In this document: positions 38,583 through 48,943 of the stretch, piece by piece
Position numbering within the stretch: position 1 is the first letter of the stretch
Layout: the number at the start of each line of letters is the position of its first letter
Position numbers and translations under genes: made by a program
Notes under the pieces: model-generated
Told to the model about the DNA's origin: nothing
Databases searched by the model: none
Seen by the model: only the letters and a program-made list of their open reading frames with translations
Assembly: GCA_047601445.1 (NCBI GenBank)
Contig: JASGJH010000001.1
Location: 4,352,001 to 4,416,000 of the forward strand
Length of the DNA: 64,000 nt
Source of the DNA: Myxococcales bacterium
GTDB taxonomy: Bacteria; Myxococcota_A; Polyangia; Polyangiales; DASUME01
Direction of reading: 5' to 3'

Positions 38583-38999
38583 GTGGCCGAGCGGGCCGAG
38601 CGCTTGCACGGGTATCACAGGCTGACGCCGTTCGCGGCGAGGTCATCAGACGAGGCGCTCGAGCTCGAGTCTCCGAGCAAGCCGTCACCCCCAAAGCACA
38701 CGAGGATCACCCCAAACGGGCGTCGACATGGTGCGCGATGCGGTAGGCATCGTGCGCCCTCGACGACTGCAGCCATGTAGTTCGTCCGGCTCACCACCGC
38801 GAGCTCGATCTCGCCGTCGCGCAGGACTCTCCTTGGTGTGATGCACTAGGAATCGAATCATCGTGAATGAATAGTCACGGCGATCACAACCGTCGACGGC
38901 CGCACATCGCCCGACGACGCGGTGCCCTCGAGCGCGATGGGCATTCGCTTCGCGTCGATAGCGATTCTGAATGCCGATGAACGGATAGGAGAAGCGCCT

Positions 39000-40694
39000 G
39001 TGAAAGCAAGAACGTCATTGTCGTGGATATGGGGCAGTTTGATCATCGCGTGCTCGAATGGGGCCGACCTCGGAGCGGAGCCCGTTCAAGGGGACGCCGG
39101 GGCGCTCGAGGAGGTCCGCACGTTCGAAGCGGCGGCCGTGGACGCTCTGCCGAACTCCGACTGTACGCTGCATCCGCAGGGCGACCCTTCGCCAGAGCAA
39201 AGTGTTCCTGTCATGGTGGACGAAGACGGTGTGGCACGCTTCGACGCGCTCCGTGCGACCGAGGCGGACGACGTGCTGTACCTCGACCTCGATTGCCGAG
39301 ACCAAACCGGCAAGACAGCGACGTACACGGTCGATCTTCAGTCCGAGGCAACCTTCACCTTGCGGCCGCGCGACGATTCGAAGTCCACGCGTCCAATTCG
39401 TCCTGCCTTGACCGGCGATCCCATGGCGTGGTCCGAGGAGGCCCTTATCGCAGGTGGCTATGGCCTGCGTCCCGATCCGGTTCAAGCGCCGGAGAACTTC
39501 GAGAAGTGGCTCAGGTCTGTGTCGAAGCCGGCTCGCGCGGCCGCCATCCATAGAGTCGACGGCGCGCCTAGCTTTCAGAGCATGTCGCGGTCCGACGACC
39601 ACGTGTGGGGCGGCGGTATCCTCCTCGGTGGCGCGCCGTACGACGCAGTCTCGGCGGAGGTCGTGTTTGCGAAGGCGGTTCCACAGGGCGGCACCACCAA
39701 GCAAATCGGTGCCTATTGGGCTGGCATCGGCGGTTTTGGCAACAACACGCTCATCCAGAGCGGCGCCGTCATCAACACGTCGGCCACGGCGGCTAGCTAC
39801 GGCGTGTGGCGCGAGTATTGTTGCGGCGGGACGGGCTACAAGAACGGCGCCGACAACAACTTCTACGCCGCTTCGCCGGGCGACGATATCCTGATTCAAT
39901 CCTGGGCCTGCAATAGCAAAGGCGCATTCGACGTGAACGGCGGCTACGGCTGCTTCTACATGTCGGACTACACCAACGACTCCTTCGTGTCTTGCACGCT
40001 CCCGAACGGAAGCGGTGGCTGCAAAGATGGTGTACAAGATCCGAAATCCTCCACGTGGTGTTGTCCTTCACTGCCCCAGCCACACGCATTCAACGGCAAC
40101 TCGGCAGAGTTCATCTACGAGCGCCCGAGCGGCAACGGCGAATCATCGGTCGTCCAGAGCGGCAGGAGTCGCATCTTCAACACGATGGCGCACTCCACCA
40201 GCCTCAAGACGTGGGTCGACTTTTCCAGCGACCCGAACGTGCAACTCCGCACGCTCACCACGAACGATGGCAACGAGAGAGTGCTCAAGAACGGAGCCTG
40301 GACCAGCAAGTCGGAGTTCGTGTTCAAGGATCCGCCCGCACCCTCCGCGTTTGGCTGCGGCATACTCTTGACCGGACAAGGGCTGACCCCGGGCCGAAGC
40401 CTGTGGTCTTGCGACGGCGTGTTCCAACTCATCCTGCAGACCGACGGCAACCTCGTGCTCTATCAAGGAGCGAAAGCGCTATGGTCCAGCCGTACCAACG
40501 GCAAAGCAGGCTTCGAGGTGATCATGCAGTCGGACGGCAACTTGGTGCTCTACGATCCCTACGGCACCGCGCTCTGGGCTTCGGGCACCAACAACCATCC
40601 AGGTTCCGCCTTGGCTTTGACCCCAGCCTCCACGGCGAACCCACGCATGAAGATCATCGACGAGAACGGCGCGACGATCTGGCATGTCCCCTGA
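39000..40694 (+). CDS. Lipoprotein with G1 glutamic peptidase domain and C-terminal bulb-type (B-lectin) domain
   Basis: AGGAG then GTG; lipobox-like LIIAC; G1-like VWGGG, YWAGIGG...LIQSG, SAEFIYERP; lectin repeats LQTDGNLVLY and MQSDGNLVLY. Confidence 0.82.
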   Translation: MKARTSLSWIWGSLIIACSNGADLGAEPVQGDAGALEEVRTFEAAAVDALPNSDCTLHPQGDPSPEQSVPVMVDEDGVARFDALRATEADDVLYLDLDCRDQTGKTATYTVDLQSEATFTLRPRDDSKSTRPIRPALTGDPMAWSEEALIAGGYGLRPDPVQAPENFEKWLRSVSKPARAAAIHRVDGAPSFQSMSRSDDHVWGGGILLGGAPYDAVSAEVVFAKAVPQGGTTKQIGAYWAGIGGFGNNTLIQSGAVINTSATAASYGVWREYCCGGTGYKNGADNNFYAASPGDDILIQSWACNSKGAFDVNGGYGCFYMSDYTNDSFVSCTLPNGSGGCKDGVQDPKSSTWCCPSLPQPHAFNGNSAEFIYERPSGNGESSVVQSGRSRIFNTMAHSTSLKTWVDFSSDPNVQLRTLTTNDGNERVLKNGAWTSKSEFVFKDPPAPSAFGCGILLTGQGLTPGRSLWSCDGVFQLILQTDGNLVLYQGAKALWSSRTNGKAGFEVIMQSDGNLVLYDPYGTALWASGTNNHPGSALALTPASTANPRMKIIDENGATIWHVP

Positions 40695-41138
40695 GTTCTG
40701 ATCCGACGCACCGCTCCCGAGCTGAGGGAGGCTCGATAGCCCTGACCTCATGCCGAGCTCGAGCGCGCAGCCGATCACAGCGCCTCCAGGTTTGTCCATG
40801 CGGTGCCGAAACGACCGCAATGCGTCCCGAAGGCCATGCGACTGGATTGCCTCTCGAAGCAACGTGCAAGGCGGCCTCAAGCTCTCAGCATAAGGAGTGC
40901 TCGTTGCCGCCCGACAAGGCCACGATGCGGCCATGCCTTTGACGACGACTATCCCCGCGCCGTCGTTCCCACTGCTGAGAGCGGGGGCATAGTCATTTCC
41001 GTTGCGCCCGCTCCGCGACGAGCGCTCTCTGACCCTGGGTGCCATCCTGCTCACTAGCGGCAGTCCCTAGTCGGTGAGATCTTGGAGCGACTCTCTCGCG
41101 CTGTTTGCGCGGGTATAGCATCGCTGAATTGAGGCACG

Positions 41139-42206
41139 ATGCTTCCAAAGCGGTCCATGTGGCGACTTACTCCGTTCTTCGCGTTGTGGCTCTTTGCGAC
41201 TTTTCCAGTCGCAGGCGCCGAATCCAGGCCGGCAGAAAGGAGCCGTGGGATAGCGGCCGAGGAGGAGCTGCGCCGTCTCTCTCTGGAGCACCAACAACAG
41301 GCAGACGCGAACAAGAAAACTGTAAATGGAGCGCTCAGCGGCCATCGACCACAGGCTGAGGTTCCGCCGGACGTGGACATCGGCCTCCAAGTTGCGTTTA
41401 CCTCCCCCACGACCGAGTTCGATCCTGAGTCGCCCATCGAGAGAGGCTCGCATCCGGTAGCCGAGGTGTACACCGACCGTAACGGAAACACGGTAACGCG
41501 CATCTTCAAGGATGATCAGCAGATTGAGAAGTCTCTGCGCAAGGCTGAGCGCGCTGCCCATGCACGGGCATACCGTTCCGTTGTGCGCCGCATGAAGATT
41601 CTCGAGGAGATCCTTCCCAATAGGAGCATGAAGAAGCTCGACGCCCATCGTCCAAGCTCCTCTGGCGTCTTCATCTCGGAGCTCCACGAGTATCTCGCTC
41701 AAGAGATGCACATCAAGGATGCGGCCCAGGTAGCCGCATCCTTCGACCCCGCTCCGTTGATCGAAGTGGTCGAGTTGACCGAAGACGTCAATCTGCTGCG
41801 CCTGTTTGGAGGCAAGTCAAAGCCCCTCAGCAACTATTTGTTCTGTTGCCTTCAGCCTGGACAACCCTTGCCCGCAGGCTCGCCACGTTTTTCGACCCCA
41901 TTTCGGGCGTGGACGGATGCTAGCGGATTGGCGTTGCCGCCGGGCAACGTCAAGGAGGCACTGTCCGTCGTCAAGGTCCCAGCGGGTACTCGTGTGCTGG
42001 TCGGCACCGTGGCCGACAACTTCAAGGACGAAGCCGGCCGCTATGCTCTGGGTGGCAACATTCAAATCTTTGTATCCGCGCTCGGCGACTTCGAGCATCA
42101 GGTCTTCAGGCGTGACATCGGCACGGAGAGTGCTGCCGATATCGTCGTCGTGGGTGACCATGGAGTGGTCACTCGATACCATCGGGTCGCTGGCCAAGAG
42201 CATTGA
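41139..42206 (+). CDS. Secreted protein with toxin-like (ART-fold candidate) C-terminal domain
   Basis: Signal peptide; LRLFGG...LALPPGN...VKVPAGTRVLVGTVA...LGGNIQIFV resembles polymorphic-toxin tips. Confidence 0.65.
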   Translation: MLPKRSMWRLTPFFALWLFATFPVAGAESRPAERSRGIAAEEELRRLSLEHQQQADANKKTVNGALSGHRPQAEVPPDVDIGLQVAFTSPTTEFDPESPIERGSHPVAEVYTDRNGNTVTRIFKDDQQIEKSLRKAERAAHARAYRSVVRRMKILEEILPNRSMKKLDAHRPSSSGVFISELHEYLAQEMHIKDAAQVAASFDPAPLIEVVELTEDVNLLRLFGGKSKPLSNYLFCCLQPGQPLPAGSPRFSTPFRAWTDASGLALPPGNVKEALSVVKVPAGTRVLVGTVADNFKDEAGRYALGGNIQIFVSALGDFEHQVFRRDIGTESAADIVVVGDHGVVTRYHRVAGQEH

Positions 42207-43103
42207 AGCTGCGCCGTGGGCGTCGTGTACTCGCGCTGAGCCCGGGCCGCTCGAGGTAACGCTCGCTGGCGGAAGCTACGCGGACAACGCGCAAGCGGAA
42301 TGCGAGCCGGGGCAGCGATATCGCCAATCTCGAGTTGACGAGTCCGGATGGGAGGGTCCTGTCCGTGCCTGCGCCCACCTCAGGGGTGCCTTTGAGGGTG
42401 CCCGGTGTCCTTTCACGAGGGCGATCGCCTTCTGTACCGGTACCCCGGAAAGCGCCGCACGTACGCCACCCAGCAAGCGGACGCCAAGGGCGGGGTCCGT
42501 CAACCGCCACCACTATCGCCCTGCGGCCGCCCAGCGAGCCTCCATCCGATAGGTATCCCCCGGCGCCCTCGTTGCCCCTTCGCCAAAGGCGGAAACGAGG
42601 TCATGGATAGGGCCCGCGGCAAGCTTCGAGTCAGCGAACGCAACGATTTTTGGACCGATGACTGCGTCGTGACGCCGCTCGACCGGATAGGTGCCAATCG
42701 GCGCCACCGGCACCGGATGTTGTTTTGGTGCGCTGCGAACCGGAGAGCCGCTTCTTGCCAAACGCAGAGCGAGAGTGACAGCCACGCCAGCCGCATGACC
42801 AGCGCCGGCCCCCAACCTAGCAAGGCCTGGGTAGTCGTACCAGAGTGCATGGCTCTTGGAGTCGGTTCCACTCTGCTTCGAACTGCTTTCCATGATTCTT
42901 CCTCTTTCGGTTAGCTGGACTGGCCATTCTATCTGGAGCGTCTACCTCGCGCCGAGACCAAGAAGGACCACGACGTTTTCATTGTCGTCAGGAGCGTGCG
43001 AAGCGAGCACCAGTATCACGTGAACGCTCTCCCGTGGCGGCGTGGCCGCGAACGAAGGCCTCGCTTATCAGCCCGCAGTCCGCAACAAATGAAGGAACAC
43101 CAT

Positions 43104-43733
43104 ATGACACCGAGCGAACAAGCCCTGAGCAAGGTTCCCGAAGCGAGAGGCTGGGTGGGCAACGCTATCGGCGCCCTGGACGGAGTCATAACGTTCAATG
43201 GGCGTCGTGAGGAAATCAAAGATCTGAACCAATTCAAGGCAGCAAACGAACACTTTCACGTCGAGCTGGAACCTGCACCTGGAATCGTCGGACAACTACT
43301 TCGCCTTTTACCGTTCTTCCCTGAAACCGACGTCACTCTCGCTCTCCTCACTGAGATTCGTCGACAATACTTCGATCTACTGCAGGCGTTTTCGCGTGCC
43401 ACCTTTGTCGACGCACCGCCTGGCGGCGGTCAGGAGAATGTAGGCGCGGCGCCGGCTTTCGTGCCTCGGGAACGAGATGGGACGTTGCGAATCACCCCGC
43501 ACTTCCAAGAGCTCGGACCATTGTGTCAGGTGCACTGCCTCGTTCACGAGGGAACGCACTTCCTGAGCTCGGAGTTTCAGGACTTTGCCTATCGCGACCG
43601 AACCGGCGAGCCTGACCCCAACAAGTACATTCAGTTACCGGTTGAGAACGCGATAAGAAACCCCGACAGCTACGCGTACTTTGCGCTGCAAGCGGCGCGC
43701 GGCATAGACCGGGTACTATCTCGCGAGGAGTAG
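43104..43733 (+). CDS. M35 family (aspzincin) metalloendopeptidase-like protein
   Basis: VHEGTHF, QDFAY and AIRNPDSYAYFA; AAGGA RBS before ATG 43104. Confidence 0.85.
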   Translation: MTPSEQALSKVPEARGWVGNAIGALDGVITFNGRREEIKDLNQFKAANEHFHVELEPAPGIVGQLLRLLPFFPETDVTLALLTEIRRQYFDLLQAFSRATFVDAPPGGGQENVGAAPAFVPRERDGTLRITPHFQELGPLCQVHCLVHEGTHFLSSEFQDFAYRDRTGEPDPNKYIQLPVENAIRNPDSYAYFALQAARGIDRVLSREE

Positions 43734-43759
43734 ACTGAACCATGTTTGGCTCGGCCTCT

Positions 43760-44615
43760 TCAAGCAACCGTCTGGGGTGACGACCTCCTCGGTCTCCCCA
43801 GGTGACGAAGCTTCTTGCCTCCCTCATCGGACTCGGCTGCAGGCCATCGACGAGCGAGCTGTGACAACAGACGGGCCGAGCGAAACGCAACGCGAAGTGG
43901 ACGCGCGCGCGGGCTCAGGACGTTCTGCAGTGTGATTTGCGGGCTGCGCGCGATCGCCTCCGCGGCCTCCCGTGCTGATCTCCGGATCCTCCAAGCGCAG
44001 GGCGTTATACCAGGCCACTCCTCGCGCCGCGCGGAGGCCATAGTTGGTTAGAATCTCGTCGTAGTCTTTCGCGAAGCTATCGAGCAATCCGAGAGCAGGT
44101 TCATAGCGCTTGATGACCTCCGACTGAACGCCTTCGACCGCTCCACCGAGAACGTCGTTCACCCGATGGAAGTCGGCGATGCGCGACTGTCCCTCAGGGT
44201 TTGTCATCCCCACCTCGACCAGCGTGTGAGGAAGGTCGTTCACGATATGCGCCGTCATACCGAGCACGAGCTCTTCGAGTACCGAGGTACGGCGCCCTTG
44301 AAGAGCGGCGAAGACCGTCGCCCACGCACCAGATTTCAAAGTGCCCGCTTCGTGCGCATCGAGGGCGCGCAAGTACCGGCCGGCGAATGACACCCCCAGG
44401 TCAGCAATCCAGACGGTATCCGAGAATCCGGCGTGCGGCATCTTAGATGCGAGTTCGAGACTGAGTTTCACGTACGCGGTGGTGAACACAGCGCGATGGT
44501 CGTGTGCCCTTTCGTAGCGCAACGCGTAGCTCTCCAGTAACTCGGCGAGCCGATAGATACGCTGCGCCGGGTCCAGACGCGGGTCAGTCAACCACTGCTT
44601 TTCGCTTCTCTCCAT
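43760..44615 (-). CDS. DUF5995-like protein with an apparent frameshift near the 3' end
   Basis: DHRAVFTTAY, FAGRYLRAL, LGMTAHIVNDLP, DFHRVNDVL. After LEDP (about 43970-43985) the plausible continuation EAAEAIARSP... is in another frame that ends at 43760. Confidence 0.75.
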
Positions 44616-44791
44616 GATTCACTCCATCCCTACGTATGATCGACCACCATACCGCCGACCTTTGGACACGTCACCGTCGGCTTGACTGCATCCACTGCTC
44701 TTCGCTGCGACGATCGGCGTCCCGTGCTGGGGGCGCACAATCGCAAGCGCGATGATGCTTGCTCGGCGAGCAATACTCAGACGCACTTCTT

Positions 44792-47128
44792 TCAGACCTT
44801 GCAGAATGGACTCGCGACGACCGCTGACACCTCATCTCGGTCGAGCGTAGGCAGCTCCTCGAGCGAAAGCGTGCTGCGCGCGGTCATCAGGCGCTCCTCC
44901 GCAACGTCTGCGACATGCCCGAGTCCGAGCACGTGTGCCACCTGATGTGCGAGGGTCCATTCAGTCGCGAGCGTGGCCGACACGACCGCACCCGGGCGGT
45001 CAGGAGGATGCAACGCGCAACCGGCCTGGGCGGGAACCAGGGTGCGCACGAAGTAGATGACGACGTCATCCGACTCGGCTCCGTCGCGGAGGTCGAAGAG
45101 GTCGACCTGAGCATCGCTCGGAGCATCCTCTCCAATAGCCAAGGTGTTGAAGCGAGCGAACACATCGTCTTCTTCGTCGTAGGTCTCCCTTGAAACTTCC
45201 ACCACGTCGACTTCGTACTGCGCGAACACGCGCTTTGCGTTGGCGAGCATCGCTTCGATTCGGATCTCGGGCGGCTCCTCGAACACCTTGAGGTGCAAGC
45301 GCACGGTGCTGCGCGCAAGCATGGCCTTCCAGAGGTTCGAGCCGGTCATCTGGATGCGCTCGAGCGGTCCTTCGGTGGTCGCCTGGTACCTCAGATTCCA
45401 GTAAAACTCTGAGCTCTCACCAGAGGTTGAGATGAAAGACTTGGTCGCTTCGAACAGCGGCAAAGCAAGGTCCATGATGCCGACCGGATAGGCCGAGCCG
45501 TGGTGGAAGACTGGCTGCCAAACACCGGGCTGCACGTCCTTGCACGACGCAGCGTAGACGAAGTGGTTGTTGGCCCGGAGCTCAAGCTTGACCTCCTGGT
45601 TCAGAGGAACCATCGGACTGCCCAGGAGCTGGTAGGGCTTCCCGGTGCCTGCAAACTGAGAGACCGTGTCCTCTTTGAAGCCCATCAGCGGATACTTGTT
45701 GAAGACGCTTTTTTGGTTCTCGAACTCCAAGCCCCAACGCCAGTGCGTATGCACGCAGTCATGCTCGCACACAGGCGCCATCCCAATGGAGTCGATGGTA
45801 AGCTGCCACCTATCCTCAGCGAGCTCCTTATTGCCAATCAGACGGTGTGCCTTCATGCGAGGTGACAAGTGCAGACTGTCAAACGCACCCTGGCGTGGCA
45901 GCTTGATGATGTCGCGCTGAACGAACGGCATGAACCACGATTTCTTCAAATTATCCGGCAAGAGGTATGAGCTGAGTCCCTCCTTGTACATCACCGTGCG
46001 CAGGCTCGGACGCGTTAGCAAGATCTCACCGACAGCCGGCGCGAGCTTCGCTAGCTCGGAGGGGAGAAATCTTGACCACTGCAATATCCGCATTGACACG
46101 TCAAACGCGACCTTCGAGTAGTCGAGATGCTCCAGTAGCCTGGACAGCTTCCGTCGGCCGGTCGAGTAGTCGACCACAGTGCAAGGGTTCTCAAAGGGAA
46201 TGGTAGGAGAGATATAGTCGAACAACAGATCCCAGTATGGGAGAGCGGCGATGTTCAGAGGATCGGTGGTCCGCGTGACGTTCGACTCGGTGACAAGAAG
46301 TGGGCGGATCTCCGGATCCATGTCTGGGTGACCCAAGCTCTTCGATGGCCTGGCTACTCCGTAGTAGCCCGCCTTGAAGGGGCGCATAATCGAAATCTTG
46401 GTCTGGAGCGCCTCCTTCCCCGCTATCGACTGGTTCGACATGATCATCAGGTGGGGGTAGAAGCGCCCCATGCCGACGGTTCCCGTTGGCTCGAAGTCGG
46501 CGCGCTCTTTCATGCAGACCAGACTGAGTACGACGCATATTAGGTGTTGCGCGCCCGGTTGAGTGGTTCCCGGGTCAGGCATGAATGTAGGAGCTTCGAA
46601 GTCTGCCGCTGCGGCGGGCGTGGGTTCCTTGTTCTTCAGTGTTGTAACGTTGTATGCGAACGCCGCAGCGAAGCTTTGATCCAGGGTGGCAGGGATGGGC
46701 CACCACGGATTGGTACCCGCGTTGGAGCCGTCTGGAAGCATTAGTCCTTTGACGAAGTAGCGCTGGGTTAGCGGAAGCTCGACCGTCCCCGTGGCCGTCC
46801 GCACGGAGATCGGACCAAAATTCACACTCATCGCTACGGTCATCCAGCCCTCGATGGCGTTGCCGTGCATCGCGGCCATGCTTCGCGACCACACCTCGAG
46901 TTGCCCGACTCGATTCATCGGGGCGTCTAGATCGAATGGTTTGAGAGCTTCAGAGTAGTCCCAGAACCAGATCGGAAGACTTGCAGGGGCTGAGGCTAAC
47001 GGAAGTTTAGGAGTCAAACGCTGGACTGGAAGAGTCGATCCACGTCCGAAGTTTCGGATCTTGCTTAGATCCCCGCCAGCTCCGATTCTGACCAGCGTGT
47101 CGTCCAAGATCTTGTCTAGACTCGGCAT
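44792..47128 (-). CDS. Uncharacterised protein with C-terminal zincin-like domain (HQxxHxxGxxH)
   Basis: GGAGG RBS; C-terminal TVRLHLKV...TLAHQVAHVLGLGH...RLMT; an internal CEHDCVHTHWRW cluster. Confidence 0.8.
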   Translation of the reverse strand: MPSLDKILDDTLVRIGAGGDLSKIRNFGRGSTLPVQRLTPKLPLASAPASLPIWFWDYSEALKPFDLDAPMNRVGQLEVWSRSMAAMHGNAIEGWMTVAMSVNFGPISVRTATGTVELPLTQRYFVKGLMLPDGSNAGTNPWWPIPATLDQSFAAAFAYNVTTLKNKEPTPAAAADFEAPTFMPDPGTTQPGAQHLICVVLSLVCMKERADFEPTGTVGMGRFYPHLMIMSNQSIAGKEALQTKISIMRPFKAGYYGVARPSKSLGHPDMDPEIRPLLVTESNVTRTTDPLNIAALPYWDLLFDYISPTIPFENPCTVVDYSTGRRKLSRLLEHLDYSKVAFDVSMRILQWSRFLPSELAKLAPAVGEILLTRPSLRTVMYKEGLSSYLLPDNLKKSWFMPFVQRDIIKLPRQGAFDSLHLSPRMKAHRLIGNKELAEDRWQLTIDSIGMAPVCEHDCVHTHWRWGLEFENQKSVFNKYPLMGFKEDTVSQFAGTGKPYQLLGSPMVPLNQEVKLELRANNHFVYAASCKDVQPGVWQPVFHHGSAYPVGIMDLALPLFEATKSFISTSGESSEFYWNLRYQATTEGPLERIQMTGSNLWKAMLARSTVRLHLKVFEEPPEIRIEAMLANAKRVFAQYEVDVVEVSRETYDEEDDVFARFNTLAIGEDAPSDAQVDLFDLRDGAESDDVVIYFVRTLVPAQAGCALHPPDRPGAVVSATLATEWTLAHQVAHVLGLGHVADVAEERLMTARSTLSLEELPTLDRDEVSAVVASPFCKV

Positions 47129-47189
47129 GAACACCTCCAAGGCGAGCCGTGAGGACGCCTCATTCGACCACTGGTACGGGACTCCAGCT

Positions 47190-48941
47190 TCAGTCGTTTG
47201 GCCTGGGCTTGCGGGAGATCGCGGAATCGAAGGCTAGTCTACTCGCGCCTTCGCCGCGCCCGATCGACACCTGTCGCGTGGTCCAGCGCAGGTAGCTGCC
47301 ATCGGAGCGGCGTGTCATCGAAGGCATGCGACGCACCAAGACTCCTTCCCGGGGGACCTCCGCATCGTGCAGCGTCTGGAGGTCGGGGCGCTGCAACAGC
47401 TCACCCAGGGGGACCGGCGACGCGCCGTCTATTGCCGGCATGCGGCCCTGCACGAGCTGCACGGCACGGTAGCCCAACGAGCGCGGCAGGTAAGGAATCC
47501 AGCGCGCAGCCACGTTCGACTGCAACCGGTAGTCGAGTTGTGCGCGCTCGACAGGCCCGCGCGATGCCAGCGATGGGCCGTCGCCCTCGCGTGAGCGGTC
47601 GCGCGAGACGCCGCTCGGGCCCTGCACCAAGCGCTCGACGGCCCACGCGAGATTGGCCATTTCATCACGCAGAAAGAGCACTTCTTCAATCGGTGCGCCG
47701 CGCTGCACGGCCACGGCACCAGGCGGGATGAGGAGCCCTTCTGTGCTGGCCCCGGAGGCGGCTGCAACCGTAAACATGCGCCAACGTCCGTCGGGACTGA
47801 CGTCCCCGGTGGAGCGGACGACGAAGCGTTCGCCGAAGGTGGTCGTGTAGATGACCGACTCGACTCGAGCCAGTGAACCCAATGGAACATCGACCGGGAC
47901 CACAAGCCAGTCGTTGCCATACGTGAGCGCGAATTCTGCCACCAGCAGGCGCGCTAGGTCCCATGGCTCGGCCTCGACGACGCCGAGATTGACCTGTGCG
48001 TCTTCCATTTCCCAGAGGCGATCGGCAGGCATTCCCGGGTACCGCAACGGACTCGCGAGCAACTTGTGCTCCTCACGCACCTCGGCGGGTTCGGCGTCGA
48101 TCAGCGGAAGCTCTGCCGAAGATGCTGGATCAAACGAATACCAATCGATTCCAGCACCATCGTGGTCGGGCGCCGCGAGGACATCATTGCCCGCACCAAT
48201 GCGAAAGCGGTACTCGAGGCGCTCACCGACGAAGGCATCGGTCCCCCCCGGTAGGGGCGAAACCTCGGCGCGGTACCACGCCATCCATCCCGCGATCGCG
48301 TCACCCAATTCTTGCTTCTGCGTGGCATTTGCAGGCATGAGCCACGGCGGCAGTCCGCCCGCAGCCTCGATCGCCTCGCAGACGAGCTCGGCGTCGGCCA
48401 CTTCTCGGTTGCGAAGCAAGCGCACCAAGCGAAGCCACGTGGGGTCCAGATCCGCATGTGCTCCGTCCGGATGGTCGATGGGATTCAGATCGAGTGGGCA
48501 GTGCTGGACGATAGCTTTACGAAAGCTGCCTAGCCCCGCGTCGTCGAGGGCGGCGAGCAACGCTGCAGCGGCCTCAGCACGTGGACGCAGTCCAGGTGCG
48601 CGGGTCGTGATCGGTTCGCGCTCGACCAGTGGTTCCAGCAGATCAGGTGGCTCGGCACCGAACGCCTTCCCTTGGGGATCGGAGCCAGCGGCCCAGCGGT
48701 CGACCTTGATAGTCTTCGTGACGACACGCACCGTGAGCGGGGTCCCAGCATCCTCCCCCTCGAACTCGCCGAGTTGCCACTGCCGGCCCAGCATCCACAG
48801 CGGGTCGTGAACGCGTGCCTCGATCCCTGGGCGTGGATCCCCCGCCGAGCTTTGGGGCTCTAGGCGAGTCCAACTCGGAGGCTCCACGAGCGTCATGGCA
48901 TCTGCGACGAAGCGATCGCGGGTGAGAAAATCGGTGGACAT
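47190..48941 (-). CDS. Conserved hypothetical protein (583 aa) of the DUF6603-type operon
   Basis: ARVHDPLWMLGRQWQLGEFEGEDAG, EFALTYGNDW, FLRDEMANLAWAVE; starts 2 bp after the upstream stop. Confidence 0.85.
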   Translation of the reverse strand: MSTDFLTRDRFVADAMTLVEPPSWTRLEPQSSAGDPRPGIEARVHDPLWMLGRQWQLGEFEGEDAGTPLTVRVVTKTIKVDRWAAGSDPQGKAFGAEPPDLLEPLVEREPITTRAPGLRPRAEAAAALLAALDDAGLGSFRKAIVQHCPLDLNPIDHPDGAHADLDPTWLRLVRLLRNREVADAELVCEAIEAAGGLPPWLMPANATQKQELGDAIAGWMAWYRAEVSPLPGGTDAFVGERLEYRFRIGAGNDVLAAPDHDGAGIDWYSFDPASSAELPLIDAEPAEVREEHKLLASPLRYPGMPADRLWEMEDAQVNLGVVEAEPWDLARLLVAEFALTYGNDWLVVPVDVPLGSLARVESVIYTTTFGERFVVRSTGDVSPDGRWRMFTVAAASGASTEGLLIPPGAVAVQRGAPIEEVLFLRDEMANLAWAVERLVQGPSGVSRDRSREGDGPSLASRGPVERAQLDYRLQSNVAARWIPYLPRSLGYRAVQLVQGRMPAIDGASPVPLGELLQRPDLQTLHDAEVPREGVLVRRMPSMTRRSDGSYLRWTTRQVSIGRGEGASRLAFDSAISRKPRPND

Positions 48942-48943
48942 GG

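Noticed and set aside
38600..38860. Minus-strand fragment LRDGEIELAVVSRTNY resembling a binding-protein domain
   Set aside because: Too short, with no start or continuation.
42210..43000. Immunity gene downstream of the toxin-like ORF
   Set aside because: Only fragmentary frames are present; possibly a decayed gene, but not supportable.
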